Source: a bacterium (GTDB taxonomy: Bacteria > Patescibacteriota > Patescibacteriia > SG8-24). From it: DNA of 62,015 nucleotides. The notes beneath the pieces are model-generated. The model saw nothing but the letters and a program-made list of their open reading frames with translations, ran no database searches and had not been told where the DNA came from. A program made the position numbers and the translations under genes. Shown in pieces: positions 40,040-49,784 of this stretch (position 1 is its first letter; each line of letters begins with the position of its first letter). Where the stretch lies: NCBI GenBank assembly GCA_023246225.1, contig JAHFIV010000002.1, forward strand, positions 1-62,015, in the 5' to 3' direction.

Positions 40040-40066
40040 TTAGCACTCGATAAGTTTGAGTGCTAA
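40040..40066 (+). promoter_or_regulatory. CIRCE element (HrcA operator)
   Basis: TTAGCACTC-gataagttt-GAGTGCTAA is a perfect match to the CIRCE consensus TTAGCACTC-N9-GAGTGCTAA. It starts 5 nt after the -10 box. Confidence 0.85.
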
Positions 40067-40088
40067 TTTCCTCTTAGCATCTTTGACC

Positions 40089-42719
40089 ATGGTACCCAAT
40101 AATTTCACCACAAAATCCCGAGAGGCTATCGACACCGCACAAAACGCCGCTTTTGATGCGGGAAATGATGAACTCCATCCGCTACACTTGCTCACCGGAC
40201 TGCTCACGCAAGACGACGGCGTGATCGTTTCCATTTGTAAAAAAATCGGTGTCGATGTCGACGGTTTTCGAAAAACGGTCAAAGGAGCGATCGGTCGACT
40301 ACCGGCCGCAAATTTTGAAAGCGAAACAACGCAACTTCGTGTGGCGACGTCGCTCATGCGCGTTTTTCGCAACGCAGAAAAAGAAGCGACACGTTTCGGC
40401 GACGAATACATTTCCACAGAACATCTTCTTCTCGGACTTTTGGGTGTTGAATCCCCCGCCAAAGCCGCGCTCGCAGAAGAAGGCGTGACGCATGAAAAAA
40501 CATTGAAGGTGCTCGCAGAGATCCGCGGCAATCAAAAAGTCGACTCACCAGAACCCGAAGCAAAATATCAAGCGCTCGAAAAATATTCGCGCAACCTTAC
40601 AAAACTTGCACGGTCAGAAAAATTAGATCCAGTGATCGGTCGTGACGACGAAATTCGCCGCGTGATGCAGGTGCTTTCACGCCGCACAAAAAATAATCCG
40701 GTGCTGATCGGCGAAGCGGGCACCGGAAAAACTGCGATCGTCGAAGGGCTCGCACAGCGCATCGTCGCGGGCGACGTTCCGGAATCACTCAAAGAAAAAG
40801 AGATTGTGTCCCTCGACATCGGTTCGATGGTCGCTGGTTCAAAATTTCGTGGTGAATTTGAAGAGCGATTGAAGGCGGTGCTCAAAGAAGTGGAACAGTC
40901 CGCAGGCCGCATCATTCTTTTTATCGATGAGTTGCACACCATCGTCGGCGCGGGCGTTGCTGACGGCGGATCGCTCGATGCGTCGAACATGTTAAAGCCA
41001 GCGCTCGCTCGTGGTGAGCTCCGCGCAATCGGTGCAACGACGATCAAAGAATATCAAAAACATATTGAGAAAGATCCTGCGCTTGAACGACGGTTCCAAC
41101 CGGTGTTCGTTGCGGAACCGGCGATCGAAGATGCGATCGCGATTCTTCGCGGTATTAAAGAACGATATGAACTGCATCACGGTGTGCGCATCACCGACCC
41201 CGCAATCGTTGCGGCCGTCGCGCTTTCTTCGCGCTACATTCAAGATCGATTCCTTCCAGATAAGGCGGTTGATGTGATCGACGAGGCTGCCGCGGCGCTG
41301 CGCCTTGAAATCGATTCGGAGCCGGAAGAACTCGATCGCATCAAACGCGATATCATGCGACTTGAAATTGAAAAACGCGCGCTCGCAAAAGAAGCAGACA
41401 AAGACTCTGTCGCACGACTGAAAGCGCTCGAAAAAGAACTTGTTGAACTCAAAGAACGATACGCATCGCTCGAACTTATTTGGAAAAATGAAAAAGACGC
41501 GATCGCAGAGATTCGCAAACACAAAAAAGCGATCGATAAATTGAAACAGGAAGCGGATATTGCAGAACGCAGTGCAGACTTGAACAAAGTTGCGGAGATT
41601 CGTTACGGACGAATCCCCGATGCGCAAAAAGAACTCGAAGCTGCAGGAGAAAAACTCCAAAAAATCCAAAAAGATCATCGCTATCTCAAAGAAGAGATTA
41701 ACGAAGAAGACATCGCGGGCGTTGTCTCCAGGTGGACCGGTATTCCAGTAAATAAAATGCTCGAAGAAGAACAAGCCAAACTCACACGCATGGAAGCGGA
41801 GCTGGCGATGCGTGTGGTCGGCCAAACTGAGGCGGTGAAAGCGGTATCGAACGCGGTCCGTCGCTCGCGTGCGGGAATCGCCGAAGAATCGCGACCGATC
41901 GGATCGTTCTTGTTCCTCGGGCCGACCGGTGTGGGAAAAACCGAACTCGCGCGCGCGCTCGCCGCGTTCTTGTTTAACGATGAGGCTGCAATGATCCGAC
42001 TCGACATGTCTGAGTACGGCGAAAAACACACCGTGTCGCGCATGCTCGGCTCCCCTCCTGGGTACGTCGGCCATGAAGAAGGCGGGCAGCTTACCGAACT
42101 TGTACGACGTCGACCGTACTCAGTGATCCTCTTCGATGAAATTGAGAAAGCGCACCCTGATGTGTGGAACACCTTGCTGCAAATTCTTGATGAGGGCCGA
42201 CTCACCGATGCAAAGGGGCGCAAAGTAAACTTTAAAAATACAGTGATCGTGATGACGTCGAACCTCGGTTCTGATGTGATCTTGGAATCGGGAAAGAAAA
42301 AAGGTACGATCGGATTTTCGAGTGACGATGACACGCAGGATCCCGTACGTGAGCGCGTAATGGCGATGCTTCAGGAACAATTCAAGCCAGAATTTTTGAA
42401 CCGACTCGATGAAATCATCCTGTTCCGTGCGCTCGCAGAAGAACAGATCGCACAAATCGTGGAGTTGCAGGTTGCGCACATCGCTGAACGATTGAAGGCG
42501 AAGCATATCGCACTAAAGGTGACCGAGAAGGCGAAAAAACTTCTCGCAAAAAAAGGATATGACCCTGTGTTTGGCGCACGACCGCTCAAGAGGACGCTCC
42601 AACATGAAATCCTCGATCCGCTCGCGATGCAGATCATCGAGGGGAAGGTGAAAGACGAACAAACTGTCACCGTTGATGCAAAAGAGGAGGTGGTGACGCT
42701 CAAAGTTGGAAAGGTGTAA
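40089..42719 (+). CDS. clpB: ATP-dependent chaperone/disaggregase ClpB
   Basis: Clp N domain, two AAA modules ([16 protein letters not shown]), long middle coiled coil. ATG at 40089 chosen because the track start lies inside CIRCE. Confidence 0.97.
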   Translation: MVPNNFTTKSREAIDTAQNAAFDAGNDELHPLHLLTGLLTQDDGVIVSICKKIGVDVDGFRKTVKGAIGRLPAANFESETTQLRVATSLMRVFRNAEKEATRFGDEYISTEHLLLGLLGVESPAKAALAEEGVTHEKTLKVLAEIRGNQKVDSPEPEAKYQALEKYSRNLTKLARSEKLDPVIGRDDEIRRVMQVLSRRTKNNPVLIGEAGTGKTAIVEGLAQRIVAGDVPESLKEKEIVSLDIGSMVAGSKFRGEFEERLKAVLKEVEQSAGRIILFIDELHTIVGAGVADGGSLDASNMLKPALARGELRAIGATTIKEYQKHIEKDPALERRFQPVFVAEPAIEDAIAILRGIKERYELHHGVRITDPAIVAAVALSSRYIQDRFLPDKAVDVIDEAAAALRLEIDSEPEELDRIKRDIMRLEIEKRALAKEADKDSVARLKALEKELVELKERYASLELIWKNEKDAIAEIRKHKKAIDKLKQEADIAERSADLNKVAEIRYGRIPDAQKELEAAGEKLQKIQKDHRYLKEEINEEDIAGVVSRWTGIPVNKMLEEEQAKLTRMEAELAMRVVGQTEAVKAVSNAVRRSRAGIAEESRPIGSFLFLGPTGVGKTELARALAAFLFNDEAAMIRLDMSEYGEKHTVSRMLGSPPGYVGHEEGGQLTELVRRRPYSVILFDEIEKAHPDVWNTLLQILDEGRLTDAKGRKVNFKNTVIVMTSNLGSDVILESGKKKGTIGFSSDDDTQDPVRERVMAMLQEQFKPEFLNRLDEIILFRALAEEQIAQIVELQVAHIAERLKAKHIALKVTEKAKKLLAKKGYDPVFGARPLKRTLQHEILDPLAMQIIEGKVKDEQTVTVDAKEEVVTLKVGKV

Positions 42720-42721
42720 TC

Positions 42722-42755
42722 AAAAACCACCGGCCATAAGCTGGTGGTTTTTTGT
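42722..42755 (+). terminator. clpB intrinsic terminator
   Basis: AAAAACCACC-loop-GGTGGTTTTTT. Confidence 0.7.
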
Positions 42756-42765
42756 TTTATTTCTC

Positions 42766-43176
42766 TCAATTGTCATTCCGACCACGGATCGAACCTGGAG
42801 GATCCAGACCAGCCACACATTGTTTGTCATTCCGACCCCTCTTCATTTTGTCATTCCGGCCTCCGAGCCGGAATCTAGAAAAGACCAAACGTATATCACG
42901 TTTGGTCTTTTCTGGGTTCCGGGTCACGGCCCGGAATGACATACTTAGAAGGCCGGAATGACAGTACTTATACTTTCTCCAAAAAATCAGCAATGGAACC
43001 GAGGAAACGCCTATAAATTGAGCGAATTTTTCTGACTGCCATAGTGTTTTGCCCATGGGAGTGGTATGGTGAACATACCACTCCACGTGGAATGAACGGT
43101 CCGTTAAAGCGGACCTTACTGCGAGAATACTGCACCACTCTCCCAAGAGACGCAGTATTTTCGTTTTCAGGAGCAT
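42766..43176 (-). CDS. doubtful ORF downstream of lexA whose 3-prime half reads through cassette H
   Basis: GAGGAG lies 6 nt before the ATG at 43176. About 70 unique codons, then repeat-encoded SFRAVTRNPE-type sequence. Confidence 0.25.
   Translation of the reverse strand: MLLKTKILRLLGEWCSILAVRSALTDRSFHVEWYVHHTTPMGKTLWQSEKFAQFIGVSSVPLLIFWRKYKYCHSGLLSMSFRAVTRNPEKTKRDIRLVFSRFRLGGRNDKMKRGRNDKQCVAGLDPPGSIRGRNDN
42772..42962. repeat. REPIN/BIME-like cassette H
   Basis: GTCATTCC at 42772, 42826 and 42850; core GACCAAACGtatatcaCGTTTGGTC; right arm GGGTTCCGGGTCACGGCCCGGAATGAC plus GGCCGGAATGAC. Confidence 0.9.
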
Positions 43177-43227
43177 TACGCGCTCCTCATCGACGATGTA
43201 GATCGGTCTCAAAGAACACAAGAACTC

Positions 43228-43854
43228 CTACGCCCGCCGGTAATCGCGTATCACCCCCCGCACGATTCCCTGGACGAGAATGTCCTTCACATACAGAGGT
43301 TTCATCGTGTGGTTGGCAGGTTGAAGGCGGACATGGTCTTGCTCCTTATAGAACCGTTTCAGTGTTGCGTAGGTGTTCTCGAGTAAAGCAACGACCGTAT
43401 CCCCATTTTTTGGCTGAGAAGAGGCAACAACCACGACATAATCACCAGAAAGGATGCCATCCTCGATCATCGAGTCCCCTTTTACCTTTAATACATAGGC
43501 ATCTTCGTCGTCATTCACCATATCGGTTGGCACAGCCATCTTCTCACTGGTTTCGATCGCCTCGATAGGCGCACCGGCAGTAATCAGTCCTTTTAGCGGT
43601 AAAAATAACGCCTTTGCGGCCGCCACAAACCCAGATTCCACCTCAATTGACCGGGCGGTTTCCGGCTCACTGGTCAAAAACCCCTTTCGCTCAAGATTCT
43701 TCACATGCTCATGCACAGTTGCTGTCGAAGAAATACCAAAGTGTGCCCCCACTTCCCGATATGATGGCGCATACCCATTCTCCTGGATGAATCCGGTGAT
43801 GAACTTGAGGATTTCCGCCTGTTTTTTGGTCAATTTTTCTTGTGTCTCTATCAT
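43228..43854 (-). CDS. lexA: LexA repressor
   Basis: wHTH N-terminus (LTKKQAEILKFI...GYAPSYREVG), S24 peptidase GDSM and K (LKRF). Start trimmed to the ATG at 43854. Confidence 0.9.
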   Translation of the reverse strand: MIETQEKLTKKQAEILKFITGFIQENGYAPSYREVGAHFGISSTATVHEHVKNLERKGFLTSEPETARSIEVESGFVAAAKALFLPLKGLITAGAPIEAIETSEKMAVPTDMVNDDEDAYVLKVKGDSMIEDGILSGDYVVVVASSQPKNGDTVVALLENTYATLKRFYKEQDHVRLQPANHTMKPLYVKDILVQGIVRGVIRDYRRA

Positions 43855-44065
43855 ATATTTGAGATGGATCCCGGATCGCCCCAGCAAAGCTTGGGCGTCC
43901 GGGACGACGCACTTCAAGGAAATGTGCGCCACTTATCCACATGAATGCCTGTCTACCTACAGAATACCCGAACAAAAACCGAACGTCAAAGAGCGCCTGT
44001 GGATAACTATGCATTCCTCCCTCGGTCTTCTCAAAAACCTCAAATTATGCTAGGATATCACTGTT

Positions 44066-44860
44066 ATGTCCCTGGTTTTCGCAGGAATCGCCGCCCATAC
44101 TCCCCTGCTTATGCCGACGATCGGCAAGGATGGTTTGGCAGTGATCGAAAAAACCAAAACCGCAATGGAGCAACTCGAACGTGAATTGTTTGCGGCGCAG
44201 CCCGAAACGATCATTGTGATCACACCGCACGGCGATTCCCTCCCCGATGCAATTTCTATCAATCTCAACACAAAATTCGTGACGAACTTTGAAGAGTTCG
44301 GCGATCTTGTGACAAAACTGGAATGGAAGTCAGAAATCATGCTGATCGATCGCATTCGTGAAGACTTCAAAAAAAAACATCTTCCCCTCGTACTCGGTAG
44401 CGCCGAGTATCTTGATTACGGAACCGCGATTCCACTCTATTATCTGACGCAACACCTCCCTGAAATTCGTGTTGTCCCACTCACTGCTTCGCAACTCGAT
44501 ATCAAAACGCACTACGCTGTTGGAAAGGCATTAAAAGATGAGGTTATGGGGTCGACAAAACGTGTGGCAGTGATCGCCTCGGCAGATCTTTCCCATCGTG
44601 TCAGTGAAAACTCACCTGAAGGATTGTCTCCGAAGGGCGTTGCGTTCGATGAAAAAATTATCGACATCATCTCTAAACATAACGCCGTCGGTGTGATGGA
44701 CATCGATGAGTCGTGGATCGCGGAGTCACGCGTGTGCGGCGCAAAAGTGCTCGCAACACTCTGCGGTCTGCTCGACGAGGTCCATCACGAAGCAACGGTG
44801 CTCTCATATGAAAAACCGTTCGGGGTCGGATATCTCGTTGCGCAAATGAAAATTGGGTAG
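44066..44860 (+). CDS. class III extradiol dioxygenase subunit-B-like (LigB/Memo superfamily) protein
   Basis: AAHTPLL, VITPHG, LDYGTAIPL, SADLSHR pattern. Confidence 0.65.
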   Translation: MSLVFAGIAAHTPLLMPTIGKDGLAVIEKTKTAMEQLERELFAAQPETIIVITPHGDSLPDAISINLNTKFVTNFEEFGDLVTKLEWKSEIMLIDRIREDFKKKHLPLVLGSAEYLDYGTAIPLYYLTQHLPEIRVVPLTASQLDIKTHYAVGKALKDEVMGSTKRVAVIASADLSHRVSENSPEGLSPKGVAFDEKIIDIISKHNAVGVMDIDESWIAESRVCGAKVLATLCGLLDEVHHEATVLSYEKPFGVGYLVAQMKIG

Positions 44861-44885
44861 CTGAACCAATTCAAGAAAATCAGAT

Positions 44886-45188
44886 ATGGACGATCTTAAG
44901 AATCTCATCACCAAACGCGCCGAGCACGTCAAACCGAACAAGCGTCTACACTCCGAAGCGCACGTACTCGCCGATGAAATCAGCACGGCCTTCGGTGAAA
45001 AAAAACGGTTTGGTATGTATCTCGGTGTGATCAATCGCGTCGGTGCTGGAAAGGCGCGACAAATTTTTCGACAACTGCAACAAGAAAATAAAGGCGATCT
45101 TGCGAAACTATTTATGTTTCTGTGCCGCAAGACTCCAAAAATAAAGGAAGTGGAGGACGAACCTCGAAAAAAACGCGCAGGTAATTAG
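44886..45188 (+). CDS. hypothetical protein
   Basis: 100-aa ORF with coding-like composition and no recognisable motif. Confidence 0.45.
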   Translation: MDDLKNLITKRAEHVKPNKRLHSEAHVLADEISTAFGEKKRFGMYLGVINRVGAGKARQIFRQLQQENKGDLAKLFMFLCRKTPKIKEVEDEPRKKRAGN

Positions 45189-45253
45189 GGTTAAAGAGCG
45201 TAAAGAGTCTGTAAACCTCTAAATCTTTGCACCTCTAAACCTCTCACACAATC
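45189..45253 (+). repeat. heptamer-stutter spacer (AACCTCTAAA/CACCTCTAAACCTCT arm)
   Basis: Shares the ACCTCT/AAACC motif set with 4887-4955 and 56051-56153 and fills the spacer before def. Less palindromic than the other two. Confidence 0.45.
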
Positions 45254-45715
45254 ATGGCCATTCTCAACATCGTCACTGACGGCGACCCCGTGCTCCGCAA
45301 ACGCGCCGCCGAGGTCGAAATCAAAGAATTATCGACACCGAAATTCAAGAAATTTCTCGAGGATATGCTCGAGACGATGTACGCTGCAAACGGTATCGGC
45401 ATCGCCGCTCCACAAGTCGGTGAAAGCGTTCGCGTGTTCATCGCCGAAAGCGGCAAAGGACCGATCGCGCTTATCAATCCGGTGTTTACAAAAAAATCCT
45501 GGAAACTTTTGAAAGGCGAGGAGGGTTGTCTCTCTGTGCCGGGAAAGTTTGATAAAGTGTTGCGACACAAGTCGCTGTCAGTTGAAGCATTTACTACAAA
45601 CGGTCAGCATATCGCATTCACCGCCGAAGGTTTCTTTGCGCGCGTGCTCCAGCATGAAATGGATCACCTCGATGGGCTCCTCTACGTCGATCGTGTAAAA
45701 GAACAAAAAAAATAA
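45254..45715 (+). CDS. def: peptide deformylase
   Basis: GIGIAAPQ, EGCLSVPG, QHEMDHL. Confidence 0.95.
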   Translation: MAILNIVTDGDPVLRKRAAEVEIKELSTPKFKKFLEDMLETMYAANGIGIAAPQVGESVRVFIAESGKGPIALINPVFTKKSWKLLKGEEGCLSVPGKFDKVLRHKSLSVEAFTTNGQHIAFTAEGFFARVLQHEMDHLDGLLYVDRVKEQKK

Positions 45716-45737
45716 TGGGGTTTTCGAAAAAATTTCT

Positions 45738-46694
45738 ATGAATACCCCGCTTCGCATTGTGTATTTCGGTACCGCACCTTTCGCGGAACCTCCGCTCCAG
45801 GCGCTCCTCGAAGATCCTACGCGTTTTTCGGTGATCGCGGTGGTGAGTCAGCCAGATAAACCGGTGGGTCGAAAAGGAGAGATCACCGCCTCACCGGTCA
45901 CACTACTCGCACGTGCACGCGGCGTTGCCCTCCTCCAACCAAAAACACTCAAAGATGATGCGATTTTTTCATCACTAGAAGCGTACAAAGCAGACGTATA
46001 CATCGTTGCGGCGTACGGAAAAATTATTCCAAAACGTCTGCTCGATCTGCCACGCATCGCTCCACTGAACTTACACGGTTCTCTGCTGCCGAAATACCGC
46101 GGCGCCTCTCCCATTCAAACAGCGATTCTCGAGGGAGAAAAAACTACTGGCGTTTCGCTCATGGTGATGGACGAAGAGGTCGATCACGGACCGGTGATCG
46201 CGACGACGAGCGTGACGATCATAGATGAAGACACGCATGAGACGCTCGAAGCAACGCTCGGTGACGCCGCGGCCGGTCTTCTCACTGATTACTTAGAGTT
46301 GTTCGCGAACGGCGACGTGGAGGCAAAGCCACAGGATCATACGCAAGCAACTTTTACCAAAATCCTCGAACGCGAGGACGGGTTGATTCTTTGGAGTAAA
46401 AAAGACGCAGCAAAAATTTGCCGCCAGATCCGCGCGTACGATCCGTGGCCAGGAGCGTATTTTATTTGGAAAAACAAAGGCACCGATATGCGCGTAAAAA
46501 TTATCGCGGCGGAGCCGGTCGAAGCAACGCTCGCGCCAGGAACGAGTTTTGTGCTTGCGGATGACACACCTGCAGTCGCAACTGTCGCTGGTGGTGTGGC
46601 GCTCATCGAGGTGCAGCCTGAAGGAAAAAAACCGATGCCTGGCAAGGCGTTTGTGAACGGATATAAAAATTTTGTCGGGAGCGTCCTCTCGTAA
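45738..46694 (+). CDS. fmt: methionyl-tRNA formyltransferase
   Basis: HGSLLPKYRGASPIQ, position after def. Confidence 0.95.
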   Translation: MNTPLRIVYFGTAPFAEPPLQALLEDPTRFSVIAVVSQPDKPVGRKGEITASPVTLLARARGVALLQPKTLKDDAIFSSLEAYKADVYIVAAYGKIIPKRLLDLPRIAPLNLHGSLLPKYRGASPIQTAILEGEKTTGVSLMVMDEEVDHGPVIATTSVTIIDEDTHETLEATLGDAAAGLLTDYLELFANGDVEAKPQDHTQATFTKILEREDGLILWSKKDAAKICRQIRAYDPWPGAYFIWKNKGTDMRVKIIAAEPVEATLAPGTSFVLADDTPAVATVAGGVALIEVQPEGKKPMPGKAFVNGYKNFVGSVLS

Positions 46695-46739
46695 AAAAAA
46701 TTATACACTGTTCTTAACTTTTCCAGCCTCACTTCTTTT

Positions 46740-46885
46740 GTTGTTCCGGACTCCCTTTTTTGTCATTCCGGCCTCCGAGCCGGAATCCAGAACCGTAAAG
46801 CCAAACGTATATCACGTTTGGCTTTTTTATTTTTTCTGGATTCCGGATCCTGGTCCGGAATGACAAAGAGTGGGTTGGAATAACA
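46740..46885. repeat. REPIN/BIME-like cassette I
   Basis: GTCATTCCGGCCTCCGAGCCGGAATCCAGAA, core GCCAAACGtatatcaCGTTTGGC, TTCTGGATTCCGGATCCTGGTCCGGAATGAC, extra GGAATAAC. Confidence 0.9.
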
Positions 46886-46891
46886 AAAAAA

Positions 46892-49342
46892 TTAGACCGT
46901 TTTTTCAACATCGAACGCTCCATTCACACCGAGTGCAGCGATGATCATCAGAATGCCGATGCCGAGCGGATGATTGAGATACGGACTAAAAATATTTGTT
47001 GCAAGAAGTGCGATCAACCCCGCGAGTACACCAGTACTGATAATAACGGATTTTTTTCGTACGTCGTTCTCTGTAAAATCAGCGACGCGAAGATCCGCGC
47101 GACCGAAACGTACAACGCGCAGAAGTGGTAGTGCAAGTGCGATGATAAACCAACCGTACACCGCAAGACCGACCAGGCCGATCTTCAACCACAAATCGTG
47201 ATATCCCCATTCAAACGCGTACGTGGTGTACGAAGCGGTGTTGTTTGTCGCGAGCAGACGGGGATCACTTGTGGTGTAGGTGACTGTGGTTCCGTAGCCT
47301 GAACCAAACACCGGATGCGCCATCGCTGCTTGTGTAAGCTTGGGAAGTAACGCCCAACGACTACTCGCCGCAGAGTCGTTTAGCGACATCGCGCGGTCGC
47401 TAAACAACGACGCAAGCGAGAGTGACCCACTTTTATTTGGAAACGGAAAATAATACACCGCAGCGATCGTCGCTATCGCGACGACGATCGAACCGACCCC
47501 GAGAAACGCGAATCGTTTCCAAATACGCATCTCCGCTTTCGCCACAATGAGAATCCCCGTGAGCAGAACGGTCGCAACTGCACCACCAAACCAAAAACTG
47601 CGAGAAAGGGAGAGTAACATGCTCACCATCGACCAACAAAAAAATGCGGCAGACACGCGAGCGAGCGCTCCTTTTCGTTCACGCGCATACATATACAGCA
47701 GCGCTGCGACGAAGCATGACGTAAGGATAAAAATCTGCGATTGAAAAAAAATGCGATAAAAATCCGCGGCCATGATCGTGATTTCGCCGACGCGCGTATC
47801 GCGAATCCAGAGATACATCGTTGCCGCGACGCTGTACACACGATGCGAAAAGAAAAAGAGAACGAGTAACGCCTTCGCGACTGAAGTAGTCACCGCAGCG
47901 GTGAGCACCGCCGCAGTACGTCGTCGCATCGCAGGGATCGAAAACGCAACGACAAGCGCAGGGAAAAGTCCGTAATACAACGAACGGTCTACATCAAAAA
48001 AAATGACGTTGTAAGCATTACCACGTAAAATGCCGCGCAGTATACCAAGTCCAAGTACAGCGATAAGCGATATATAAGGAAAAAGAACACCATGCGCACG
48101 GAGACGACGCAGCCACGCCCACGCGTCTTCACGACGGCGACTGGGAGCGATCGAAGCGGCGACCATCTCTGCAAGCCACACACCGACGACTGCGAGAAAC
48201 AGCCCCTGCCGAAGCGAAAGACCCAATCCTTGCGCTGCACCGAGCGTCACGAGATATCCACCTTGCGAACCGACGAACAATTCAGCAAGCAGTATCAACA
48301 CCGCAAGATCAAATCGTTTGAGCGCGAGTAGAGTGGTCGCACCGACAATAATGATCCACACAAAAGATGAAGCGTTCGATGACAGCAAGTAGGCACCGAA
48401 AGATAACAACTCGAAGAGGATGATCAACAAAATCGTGAGGCGGTACGTCGCATAAAAATCAGATATCGGGTCTCGTGGCGCAGTCCCCTTTTGCGACTTC
48501 CTCAGCGCAACGCACCACGCAAGCGCTTTCGAAAATGGATCGAGAATCGTCAGTGCGAGCCAAGCCAGTACACCAAAGTGTTTTAAAAAGTATTTACGCA
48601 AACTATCATTAAACATCTGCTGCTTTTTTGGCCCAAACACCTGGCCAAATGACTCGCCGCCGTGATGCGTGACGCTCGCACACGGTACATACCACACTTC
48701 GAGCCCCGCGTCCTTGGCACGCTTGCAATAATCTACCTCCTCAAACCAAATAAAAAACCGCTCATCGAGAAGTCCGATCTGCTCAAGTACGCTACGCCGA
48801 ATCATAAACGCCGCACCCATCACTTGGTCAACGATCTCTGATTTCCTATAATCAAAATCTTTTGCAAAATATTTTTTTAGTGCAGAAACTTTTGGAAAAA
48901 CATGATGCAATTTCAGCATGATAAGCGCTTGCGATACGATCGTCGGGAAGGCGCGCACGGATTCCTGCAGCGTTCCGTCAGTATTTTGTAATCGTGGTCC
49001 CATGATTGCTGCATGAGGATTTTTACGCATCCACGTAACCATTTTTGTGATCGCATCTTCTTGGAGCTCGGTATCGGGGTTCAGAAGCAAAATAAAACTT
49101 CCCTGCGCGCGTGCGATCGCAGGATTATTTCCCGCAGCAAAACCGATATTTCGATTGTTCACAATAAGCGTGGCTTGTGGAAATTCTCGCGCGATCATCT
49201 CCACGCTCCCATCAGCGGAATCGTTATCCACGACCAACACTTCAAACTGCACGCCTTTTGTATGTGCGTATACCGAAGCGAGACATCTCCGCAGAAGATC
49301 CTTCACTTTCCAATTTAATATGACGATCGAAACATCCAACAT
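46892..49342 (-). CDS. fusion of a family-2 glycosyltransferase with a polytopic O-antigen polymerase/ligase-like membrane domain
   Basis: N-terminal VSIVILNW...VVDNDSADGS (GT2), followed by about 500 aa with a dozen or more hydrophobic helices. Confidence 0.8.
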   Translation of the reverse strand: MLDVSIVILNWKVKDLLRRCLASVYAHTKGVQFEVLVVDNDSADGSVEMIAREFPQATLIVNNRNIGFAAGNNPAIARAQGSFILLLNPDTELQEDAITKMVTWMRKNPHAAIMGPRLQNTDGTLQESVRAFPTIVSQALIMLKLHHVFPKVSALKKYFAKDFDYRKSEIVDQVMGAAFMIRRSVLEQIGLLDERFFIWFEEVDYCKRAKDAGLEVWYVPCASVTHHGGESFGQVFGPKKQQMFNDSLRKYFLKHFGVLAWLALTILDPFSKALAWCVALRKSQKGTAPRDPISDFYATYRLTILLIILFELLSFGAYLLSSNASSFVWIIIVGATTLLALKRFDLAVLILLAELFVGSQGGYLVTLGAAQGLGLSLRQGLFLAVVGVWLAEMVAASIAPSRRREDAWAWLRRLRAHGVLFPYISLIAVLGLGILRGILRGNAYNVIFFDVDRSLYYGLFPALVVAFSIPAMRRRTAAVLTAAVTTSVAKALLVLFFFSHRVYSVAATMYLWIRDTRVGEITIMAADFYRIFFQSQIFILTSCFVAALLYMYARERKGALARVSAAFFCWSMVSMLLSLSRSFWFGGAVATVLLTGILIVAKAEMRIWKRFAFLGVGSIVVAIATIAAVYYFPFPNKSGSLSLASLFSDRAMSLNDSAASSRWALLPKLTQAAMAHPVFGSGYGTTVTYTTSDPRLLATNNTASYTTYAFEWGYHDLWLKIGLVGLAVYGWFIIALALPLLRVVRFGRADLRVADFTENDVRKKSVIISTGVLAGLIALLATNIFSPYLNHPLGIGILMIIAALGVNGAFDVEKTV

Positions 49343-49348
49343 ACGAGA

Positions 49349-49783
49349 TTATTTTCCACTGATGCTCACAAGCGCAGCCCCAATAAAAATGAACGCGCCA
49401 CCGATAAATGTCTGGCTACTGAATTGTTTTTCGCCGAAGATAAAAAATGCAGCAAGAGCGGTAAAGAACGGATAAGCGATTTCAACGATCGCTGCGACCG
49501 TTGCGTTTCGTTCAAAAATAGCGTAACTGATAGCAGTATTTGCAAGAATATACGTTACGAGGCTGACCGCAAGGAGCACGAGCAGACCCCGGGAAGCCAC
49601 TAGCGTACGCATGTCGAGCGCGAGTCGCTTAGAAACGACAGCAACGATGAACATCACAACTGTTGATGCGGCCGATGATAAAAAAAGCAACGTCGGTATC
49701 GAAATACTACGAAACAAGCGTTCACTAACCGCGTAAGAAATTCCCCAAAGTATCGCCGCAGCGACAGCAAACGTGAACCACAT
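49349..49783 (-). CDS. small EamA/DMT-superfamily membrane protein
   Basis: 144 aa, 4-5 TM helices, single EamA-like half. Confidence 0.65.
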   Translation of the reverse strand: MWFTFAVAAAILWGISYAVSERLFRSISIPTLLFLSSAASTVVMFIVAVVSKRLALDMRTLVASRGLLVLLAVSLVTYILANTAISYAIFERNATVAAIVEIAYPFFTALAAFFIFGEKQFSSQTFIGGAFIFIGAALVSISGK

Positions 49784-49784
49784 A

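Noticed and set aside
40992-42334. Antisense ORFs within clpB (40992..42074, 41681..42334) and within the ABC transporter (25591..26382)
   Set aside because: Same reasoning: these are shadow ORFs of conserved genes.
42780-42812. tRNA-like T-arm string GGATCGAACCTGGAGGATCC in cassette H
   Set aside because: There is no acceptor, D or anticodon arm around it. It is one more palindromic loop variant of the repeat module.
43044-43568. 174-aa plus-strand ORF opposite lexA
   Set aside because: It is antisense to the conserved LexA frame and has an Arg/Pro/Ser-rich translation.
43933-44006. DnaA-box pair as the replication origin
   Set aside because: Only two boxes are present, with no A+T-rich unwinding element and no dnaA/dnaN/gyrB nearby. 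I report it only as a possible regulatory site.
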